Source: Sphaeroforma arctica JP610
Lineage: Eukaryota
NCBI RefSeq assembly: GCF_001186125.1
Contig: NW_014040128.1
Span: 1 to 34,732 of the forward strand
Length of the DNA stretch: 34,732 bases
Reading direction: 5' to 3'
The translations under genes were made by a program, and so were the position numbers. Positions 1 through 9,362 of the stretch are shown here, one piece after another. The notes beneath the pieces are model-generated. The model saw nothing but the letters and a program-made list of their open reading frames with translations. It was not told where the DNA came from and made no database searches. Position 1 is the first letter of the stretch. Every line of letters starts with the position of its first letter.

Positions 1-7
1 CCATCAA

Positions 8-121
8 GTGATTGACCAACAGCCACCAACTGACTTAACAACTACCACCAACTGACTTACTGACTTAGACAACAACCACCAACTGACTTACTGACTTAGA
101 CAACAACCACCAACTGACTTA
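8..121. repeat. Short degenerate tandem repeat (core ACCACCAACTGACTTA), about 4 copies
   Basis: CCACCAACTGACTT recurs four times in the first 121 nt; probably intronic in the minus-strand gene that runs off the left edge. Confidence 0.75.
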
Positions 122-325
122 AACGACAATGCGCCGTCACAAAGGTCCCAAAACGTATTCATATTTTTGTTCCCACATGTTTAATGGTATACTATTATGT
201 AACAAAATCATTTCTGTAGTGGAAGTTATCGAGGGCGACAAGCTTAGTCAGGCGTACCACAAATAGTTCAACTTTTGTACGAGTTTGCAAACCATGAAGG
301 TAGATTGGATACATGGGAAACATAC

Positions 326-452
326 CCACGGCTTGTGACACAATGCTTCCCGTATTCGTATCCTTCGCATAGTTGGTTTGTATCGATGTGCTCGCTGCAC
401 CGCCTGCTGTGATACCGAGGATGATTATAATGGGGTATAATCCGGTCGACAT
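326..452 (-). CDS. Probable first coding exon of an unknown gene (signal-peptide-like N-terminus); rest of gene not identified
   Basis: ATG at 452 reads MSTGLYPIIIILGITAGGAASTSIQTNYAKDTNTGSIVSQAV(G), hydrophobic N-terminus, followed by a canonical G|GTATGT donor at 325-320. Divergent from the MSL1-like gene. No family recognised. Confidence 0.4.
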
Positions 453-617
453 AGTGCACTCACATGTACCACCCAAAATCAATCTTAATAAATATGAACT
501 GTGTATCTTTAGATATAATATATATTGTTGTATTTACAAACCATATTGTAGGTCCATACATTATATATATTTATAATTATTTATAAAACCCTTTTTTTTG
601 TGTTGCAATTATGTTGA

Positions 618-625
618 TGACGTCA
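618..625. promoter_or_regulatory. Palindromic CRE/ATF-type motif TGACGTCA in the putative divergent promoter (453-1176)
   Basis: Exact TGACGTCA between two divergent start codons; function is inferred from the motif only. Confidence 0.25.
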
Positions 626-1176
626 CATATGCATTGTGTTTGATCTCGCCCACCACAGACGCCAGTAGAGAGTGACCAGTGACTATCGACTACAGCACCT
701 GAGCAGTGAGCAGTCTGTGACTGTCTAAATAAATATGTGGTCTGTGGTCTGCGACTCTGCGGGTGTCGGCATTTTAAACTTTTGCATCACATAAATACTT
801 AATTTGTGATATATTCACGCGATTTTGTGACCGTTACGCTTCTGTATTGGGATATGAGAGTGGTACTTCGGTCCTTGAAGTACGTTGAAATAGCGCCGCC
901 GCATTACTGTACACAGACACAGATGTGGCTCACTAGCTGAGCCTAGTTGTTCCTATCTCGAGTATAAGTCGGGAAGCGTGACGCCGGATATTGGCAATTA
1001 TTCGAAACGTCACATACAGTAAAGCAATTTGCTCTACCGTTGTATTTTGGACAGTCCCTACGGTGCACTCGAAGCCAACGATACGGCCCAAACATAAATA
1101 AACACAGCTACAACGTAAGCAACAGGGAGTCGCATGATAATCGTGGAATAGTTATCACCCAAGTATATCTGTCAAG

Positions 1177-2706
1177 ATGGACCCCAAGAACAAACAGACC
1201 ATCATCGATGTTGACGCGGAGGTGATACCGGAAGAGCCCATGAAGCCTTTATCACCGAGTATGGAGGGTTTGAGGAACGAGAACAAGCGGCTAAGGCTGA
1301 CAAACGAATCGTATTCAAATATTATGCACCAGCTGAGAGACGCGCAGGGGCTTATCAAAAATCTGAAAGATGACATCGAAGCGAAGGATAAGAAGATCGC
1401 ACGTTTAGAGCGCCGCTTTCACGCCAAAGAACGCAACTACAACGACAACGGCGCCAGTTCTGAGGAAGAGGAGGAGGATGAGGATGAGGATACGGCGTCT
1501 GTCGTATCAACAGACGATACAGGTGATGATGACATTGAGGTTTTATCACCTATCCAATACACACGTGGGCATATGAAGGCACCACGTGGACGGATGAATG
1601 CATTCACCGGCGCACGTGGTGGCAGACATGGTAGCAGTCGAACACGTTCACGCGCGCAGATTCGCAGGCAAGCACTGAGCGTGCACTCGAGTGCGGAAAA
1701 CGAGTCGCCTACTGTGGCAACTGCTCGGGGGGGCAGAAGGAAACGCTACCCACAAAAAATGCCAAACGGTAGTGGTGATATGGATGTCGGTATCGATGGG
1801 GTTAGCAACGCACCTGTGCAAAGCCGTACAGAGAGCCGGGTGTTACGAGGACGAGGTGCCCTGTATCGTTCGAATGTAGATGATACGGAAAATGCGAAAC
1901 ATGACAGTACCACGATTGTAATGACCAGAGGGAGGGGACTAAAGCGCTCGCTTCCGCGTAGTACGCAGTCACGTACAAGCACGCGCACACGCACTCGAGT
2001 GGAGAGGTCTGGAGCCATATCCTCGGGCGGAGTGCCTCAGCACACACACACAGACGAGGACGATAGAGACGGACCTGTAGATGACAGCAATGCAAGCGAC
2101 ACCGGCAGTGACGACGAACCTGACAGTGACGATGGGCCTGGTGACAGCGATGACGAGAGGGAAAGAGAGCGACCGGAACGAGAGAGACAGGAGTTTGAGA
2201 AGTGGGACTCTGAGTGGAATCCTCTGTTTAGATCGGCAATTGTTCCTGTGGACCCTGCTATGGTACCAACCGTCGATGCGGCTGAGAAAGCCGCGCGAAA
2301 GGAGGCTATACCAGGTGAGCGTAGGATATTTGACGTGTAGCGCGTTTGTCGAGATGTCGCTGCGTACAATATCAGTCACCATTTCTTTATCAAAGCTGCT
2401 TTCAGACCTATCATAGCTTTCCGAACACACTACATGAAGAATTTTGAGAAGCTAGGCGGGCTTAGCATGAATATGGAGTATTGTTTGACTCTTAAAGTTG
2501 GGATTGAATGTGGGTGTTTGCGAGTGATACTGCCGACAATTGTGAGCACAAATATCGATACGTGCTCTAGAAGGATATGCACAGATTATACCCGGATGTG
2601 TACTCCTGCCGAGGTGCTTTCATATAACTGCTTGTATTCACTTGGTTTTCTTCGAAATACCTGCGCCCGTGTTTTAACTAGAAACCCTGTCACTTTTCCT
2701 TTGCGG

Positions 2707-2783
<77 letters not shown>

Positions 2784-4875
2784 ACGTATATATATATATA
2801 TGTTGTTGTTTTCGATGTTGTATTTGATATTGATGCGCATACATGTACTGTACGCTTGTATGCATACTTTTGTTGAGACCTCATCTTTGAGACACCCGTC
2901 TTAACGTGCTTTATCCCTGACTCTGCTGAAACAGTACCAAATTGGCGAGTTGTCGGTTTTGAATCTAACGCAATAGATGATCGTCCCGGGCATATCGAGG
3001 TGTGTACACACTGTCTTTACTTCCAGCCATCGATCTACTGACAATTTGTATTTATGTCGAAATTGTATACGTGTTGCTGTGTACGACCCTGCGTAAAACC
3101 CTGTCTATGGATTCATGACTGCCGTGTAAAACCCTGTGTATAACCTTGTCTGTGGATGCATGACTAGCGCACGGAATTTAGAATATTGTCATGTATACCG
3201 GTGTACCAGATATGTCAATTTTCCTGTGCTGTGTATTTTTTTGAGATAAGGAATTGTTACTGCCACCGGTTTGGTATCATCGAAAGTGAAGGGGAATAGG
3301 CACTGAAATGACGTGAATTGTCCGCATATATGTTGTTGTTTCGTTTAGGCGCTAGTTCGCGTTCCCACAGAAAAATACTTTCTCCTGCGTACTTGACTGA
3401 CAGCCGTCTAAACCGACATTAGAAATCACACGTACACGTGTATACCACACACACACACACGCGCGCAGGACATGAGCGATGCCGCCTACGACAAACGACA
3501 CCGCAAATATGAAGCCCTCGAGAAGCGGCGCAAACGCACAGACCATGAACGCCTCCTACTTGATCAGCAACTAATAACGACTCAAGCGGGAGTTAAGGAA
3601 GCGGACCAGGCAAGAGGAAACACGGAACAGAATATTCTCACAGACGTGTACAGTCTCTTCCCCGACCCATACACGAATCTCAAGGCCATTGAGGTGACCT
3701 TGAAGCTGCCGTACGTTGCCTGGGGTGCGAGTGTGCCAAAGGAACTATGCTATAGGCTGCAGGAGATCCGACACGAGACCGCGCACGAACGAGCTAAGAG
3801 ATGTCAGGCATTTGCCCTGCCAGTTTCGGGTAGCCTGTCTTTCCAGACCGAGATGATGGCCCAGAAAGCCCAATTAAAACACAAAAGGACCAGGATGGCT
3901 CTCGCAGCGCCCATACAAGCTAACCCGGGCAGAACCCGTACACGTGTTAACTCGACTAACAGCGTTGCGTCAAATCAGTCACGTGGCCGGACTTTAACCG
4001 CAGGTGGATCGGCTAGCAAGCGGTTGAAGCGAGATCTATCCCAAACCAAGCGACGCACATCATCACGACTTCACAGCGCTGCCAGCGCACAGTCGGAGGG
4101 AGCGGCGGAAGCGATTCCTTCTGCTGATGTGAACGTTAGCCCGCACACAGCTGCTTTAGATACGAATTCTCAAAAAGCAGTATCTATAGCGGACAAAGAT
4201 AAGAATGTAGGACCTTCAACGGTACGGGGTTCAATGAGGACACAAAATAGCTCAGTACCACCAGTGGGGAAAGGTGAAAATGAGATACCACACCGCACAC
4301 GCTCACGGTCAGGGCGCAAGCGGACACCCCCACCACGTACACGTGCGTCCACACGTACCCGATCACAGACTCCCAGCCACGCACTCAATGCATCAATTTC
4401 GCTTGAACCAGTACCGCCCTTGTCAGTAACAAATACCGCAAGAAAGATCGAGGATATGGAACAGACCGTGTCGCAATCTGCTAGTAAGGCCCCAGAAGCG
4501 GCGGTTGCGCAACCTCTGGCACTGCGTTCGTCTACTCCACCGCTTTCGCCATCACCGTTGCCAACGAATTGTGTGTGGAGAGCACGTTCGATAGATGGTA
4601 GTATGAGCAAGCCTGTGGCTGTTGGGAAATGTTTGCCAACGGGGAAAGGGAACAAAGACGAAGAGAATGAAAGTCAATCAAATGCAGCTGAGGCAGTCGA
4701 TAGTGCTGTACACTCAAGAGCGAAGGAGGAAGTAGATAAGGATGACGATATGCCGCCAAGTGTCAGTATAAGCAGTTTAATAACAGGCCTGCAAGAGGGC
4801 AGCAAGAAATCTGCGGATCAAGCTCCACTTTTGTTGAGGTTTAAACGTGTCACACCCGTTGATGCGGTTGAGTGA
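1177..4875 (+). CDS. MSL1: MSL1-like protein (male-specific lethal 1 homolog; N-terminal coiled coil + PEHE domain), 3 exons, ~869 aa
   Basis: Exons 1177-2314 (CCAG|GTGAGC), 2935-2999 (AACAG| ... GAG|GTGTGT) and 3469-4875 (CGCAG|) join in frame. They give ...KEAIPVPNWRVVGFESNAIDDRPGHIEDMSDAAYDKRHRKYEALEKRRKRTD...VYSLFPDPYTNLKAIEVTLKLPYVAWGASVPK. This matches the PEHE signature of animal MSL1 (VPSWR...LDDSVFSKRHAKLELDEKRRKRWD...TSFFPEP...PFLPVVAFG). Coiled coil at residues ~30-82; acidic and RG-rich linker; long S/T/P/R-rich C-terminal tail. Confidence 0.8.
2708..2801. repeat. Compound (TA)n/(CA)n/(TG)n microsatellite in MSL1-like intron 1
   Basis: Seen directly; source of the spurious YIYI ORFs. 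Confidence 0.9.
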
Positions 4876-7800
4876 CGGACTGAAAAGTACAAAGTATCGT
4901 AAAAGTCGAGGTGGGACAGTTCACTATCAGAGACCGCAAGAAAATCACGTTACGTTGCTACATTTATCAAGTTCCACGGAATACATGGGATAGTGAACGA
5001 TATAAGGTGGTATAGTAGGCAGGCACTGGATTGCTTTACAGTCGTGCTCAGTTGCAGTTTATAAAAATTTGATTGAATAGCTCGAAGAGGCAAACTTTGT
5101 CGAATATTCGGCCGCATGAGTGCATGGATGATCGTGAGTGACAAAACTTTGAACTGTTTGTCGACTGCTATTGAGAACATCTTACCATAGTATACGTGCA
5201 TGTGAATGGTCAGTGAGCTCCTTCGACGCTGTACCCATTATGTACTCGGTTGCATACACTTCAAGTTTTGGACTGTTTACCGCACTTTGTTCCTGTACTG
5301 CTTTAAGAATCACGAATTCAGGTTCATTGATTCTAGTTTTGGAGGGCTAGGCAATACCTTGCGAGTATTCGAGACGACCTGGTTTTAGCATTGAGGTGAA
5401 ATAATAGTTTTGGCTCTCCCTCACTTGGCCGAGTATTGGGGCGGAGACATATGCCACCTTCACTATGTGATATTCCTTGTTCACGATGAATGAAGATTGC
5501 TATTATAAAAACGAGACATCCTGACTGATTTGAAATTTACAACAAAACTGATTTTTTGTATTGGGATTATCATTAATATAGGCTTAAGTTTTACTGTGTT
5601 CTGGTGCAGCTTGTGTCTGGTGTGCCAGATGGGTTTCACAGGTTTGTCTAATTTTCTTGAACTGTCGATCTATCACATGGGGATCTCCACTTTACCAGAT
5701 ACTCTGGTCCGGGGGGAGTTCATCTTCCAAATCGATATATTCTTACAATTTAAAAATGCAAGAAAACGGATCTTGAACTTCTTGGTTCGTGGTTCTGTTT
5801 TTGTTTTTTAAAAACAACAAAATAATAGACATTTGTGATTAAAAGTGAAATTCGATAAACTCAAAATCTTCGAAGACATTGCACGTGCAAAAATAATAGG
5901 CGCTGAAGTACAAAAGTCGAAGTCGCCCGATATTTCGCGCAGATACTCAAACATCAATCAACAGACACCCATACCACATCGTTGGTTGTCGCACTCGCCA
6001 GACTGCAAAATTTGGGTGGGAAATAAGTGAAGATTATATTAGTTATTGAAAGATCCTTGAACGGCCACCTTAGTGAAATGTTTGACACGAACGCATTACG
6101 ATACAGTAGCAGTAACAGTGTAAGGCAGCCGAAAGTCAAATTACTTCTGCGCTAATATGGAAAGCATCCACATCCAAGCAACATAATATTGGCATGACCG
6201 CATACCTCCTGATCTCCTTTATCTCTACGCACGCGCGAGGCCGCGAGCAGGGCTGAGCAGTGAGCGCCGGAGCCTCTGACGTCTGGGCCTTTGAGTCTGG
6301 GGGCCTGAGGCTGAGGGCCGTGAGCCGTGAGGGTATTTTTATAAAAATAGTATCGTGTACTGGGGCAGTGGGGGCGGGCTGGGGTAAGGCACAGGTTTTT
6401 TAATGGGTGTCTGAGTCTGACTGTCTGACTGTCTGTGGCTCTGGGCCCACTGCGTCGTCACGTGGCTAGATATTTTTAAAAGTTTTAAAATAAGCATTTA
6501 AAAAAAAATAAAAACAATATTTCTGCAGATACACTGATACAGACAGCATCAGGAATTTTTTAAATACGTATGTACAGTACGTGTGTCACACCAACATCCT
6601 GTTTTTTTATATTAGTTTTCTTAATAATTATAGCCCGCTAAAAATAAAGTAAAATAGTACATATGAAATATGAATGCGCTATGAGTATGACGTATGTATG
6701 AGACATTCATTGACACTATGAGTCTATGATTCTTTGTACAATATCATTGTCGTACAATTTTAATTATTGTGACAAATAACTCAACGTCCAATGTACGAAG
6801 TGCCCGAGGCTCGAGAGTCGAGAGGTCTTGGCGTGAATCAACTTCCCAAATCTATGGCAAATCTAAAACTTTAGTCCCAGGCTTTCAGGGGGTATTAGCT
6901 TTTTTTTGTTTTGAACTAATAACAATTATTTACTGCACAGTAATATTTTCTGTCGTGGACTCGCTGAGTCGCTGCCCTCAACCCAACAGCCCCCGTGCCC
7001 ATTCGGGCCCCTCTCTGAGTCTGGTGGTGTTGGCAGTTGGCCGCTGGCGTCTTGGATTTGGAATCCTGGGACCTGGACAGGCTGGACTCCTGGAGTCCTC
7101 TGAGGAGTGGGGACTGGTCCCTGGACAGTAGACTGTGATGAAGTGATATCATATTTGTTGTATGTTTTTAAAATATTAAAAAACAGCTAAAACATTTTTA
7201 TTCATCAACACTTGTATTATTTTATAAAGTTTATTCCATACATAGTCATAGCCTTCTAAATTGAAACAACATATCCTTCTATTTATATATTTGTTTATAT
7301 ATTGATGATCACTGAACTGTGATCACTGACACTATCACTCAATGTGAAGTCATCACTGTGAATGTGAACTGTGATGTGTTAACTGTGAAGTGTGAACTTT
7401 CAACTTTGAAGGACTGTGACTCTGAGACTGAGAGTGTGACCTTCTTGCTTGTGTGTGCGTGTGTGTGAAGGGCGGGGTTTGATTTTCACTTTGTCGCTTC
7501 GTTTTGTTTTATTGTTTTGTTTTAAACATGCTCATATAAAAAAAAACAAAATACATATTTGTAACAAGATTTGCAATGCACATTTATAGCCCCAGGCCTT
7601 TTTTTTAAAAACGGGTTCGGATTTTATGTTCAGATTTTTTTGGCGGGGTAAACCTGCCTTTTTTTTATATATCCTAACCAAGAATACTTTTAGGAAAATT
7701 GTTTTTTTAAATGAATAAAATTCGTTTACGTACCAACCAAAAGTAAAACTTGTGAAGTTGAAGACAATTCCTAAGTTCCTGTACGTATTTATACCAAAAA

Positions 7801-7907
7801 AGTGAGCTTACGTAAAAATAAATCCGAATCCGTAAATCGGATGCGAACGTAAATTTCCTTTTTGTTTTCAAAAATATAAATAAAAGGAGTACGAGTCGCA
7901 TCACTCC

Positions 7908-8075
7908 CCTGCCTAAACTTTATGACTTAAAAAACTAAAATGCCTAAATTTCTTGAATAAAAGCCCCTTTAATATGCCTAAATTTTATTACTTAAAACCC
8001 CTTATGCTTAAATTTTACACCTAAAAACCCTTATGCCTAAATTTTATGACTAAAAACCCATTTGATCTAAACTCT
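7908..8075. repeat. ~30-bp degenerate minisatellite (TATGCCTAAATTTTATGACTTAAAAACCC-like), ~5-6 copies
   Basis: TGCCTAAA...AAAACCC unit recurs at ~30-bp spacing. Confidence 0.75.
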
Positions 8076-8234
8076 ACAGCAACGCTTTCGGTGATAAAAC
8101 CAAAACTCGAAGTCGGAAATTTCCAAATTGTGACAGGGAGGGTCATCAAAATGACAATAATACGTCATCAAAAAAATAGACAATAAATAGAATTGAATAG
8201 CTATGTGTTTTTACATTCATATTGCTTCTTGAAT

Positions 8235-8727
8235 ACTGGTCGGTCCTGCCCCTGAATTTGAAAATGAAATGAAATATGAAATATGAAATTTCAGAGCCCA
8301 AATTTCACTTCTAGGCATGTGTCGGCGAGACCAGTCCCACCGCTGATTTTCAAGAATGTAATGAAATGAAAAACATTTTTGTTCTCAAAAAATAAAAAAT
8401 TTCATACCGAAATTATTTACAATACTTATCCTTCATTTGTTATGTTTTCCAAAAAATCAAAATTTGCAAGAATGATTTTTTTTGGCGGTTGTTTTTGGGC
8501 TTTTTTTAAAATCTACATTCTAAAACTCAAAAATTCTTAAGATAACCAATAGAATCACAATTTCACTCATATTCCATTTTTCATTCCATTTTTCACTAAT
8601 ATACAAATTCCTTCCAACTTCGCAAGTTGAAAAAAGAAGTTAATGAAATTTCATTTTATTTCCAAAAATGAAATGAAATTCATTTTTTTGTGAAATTTAA
8701 CTAATTTCGGCGGCAGGACTGACCCTA
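8235..8727. mobile_element. MITE-like non-autonomous DNA element with imperfect ~22-bp terminal inverted repeats
   Basis: Left GGTCGGTCCTGCCCCTGAATTT (8238-8259) vs reverse complement of right end GGTCAGTCCTGCCGCCGAAATT (8703-8724). AT-rich non-coding interior with repeated GAAAT/ATTTC motifs near both ends. The right end reads TAGGG inward, as in many hAT elements. No clean direct TSD found. Confidence 0.55.
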
Positions 8728-8950
8728 ATATTCACACTAATCACAGCAAGAAGAAGGCTACGAATATATGTACAAACAATAATTGTTCTAAAATATTTAC
8801 ATAAATAAATACATAGTTGGCTGCGATAATCCAAACCAGACGAAATACGAATTCGAACCCAGAAAACCGGCTCAATAAGGAAGGTTTAAGCTTGTATATG
8901 TAGCAAGTTCAATGTCATAGCATTCGGTGGTCGTCCACAGTTATCGCACA

Positions 8951-9234
8951 ATGTCAGACAACGTACCGATAGCAGATTTCACCTGCCAGTACTGTTCTAG
9001 GGTATGTCAAACCAGGCATCACAAAAAACGATTTCTACCCTAGTGAATAAATAACAAGTTATTTCGAACAGAGGGAAATATTGTCTTAATTCTATTGCTT
9101 AATTTGTAGTTATATACGTATTCCGGGTCACATATGTGTTGCAGATGATCACGGAATCGTCAACAAATCAACTCGTAGAACACAATTCTCGTAAAACACA
9201 GTTGTTATTCAAATACGTAAACAGACACAGACAG

Positions 9235-9272
<38 letters not shown>

Positions 9273-9325
9273 GTTTATACAAGTATACTATACAAATATA
9301 ATCTATATATGTATATACATACACA

Positions 9326-9362
<37 letters not shown>

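Noticed and set aside
2585..2613. Possible extra MSL1 exon DYTRMCTPAE
   Set aside because: Including it puts exon 2 out of frame and destroys the VPNWR PEHE motif; weak donor.
2434..2904. ORFs with YIYI/THTH/CVCV runs here and at 9136-9730, 14394-14742, 16317-16887, 18182-18600 and 32984-34724
   Set aside because: Translations of intronic microsatellites; only embedded exon parts are real.
6145..6195. Minus-strand MPILCCLDVDAFHISAE resembles motif I of Y-family DNA polymerases
   Set aside because: No further polymerase motifs in any downstream frame; a 17-aa resemblance is insufficient.
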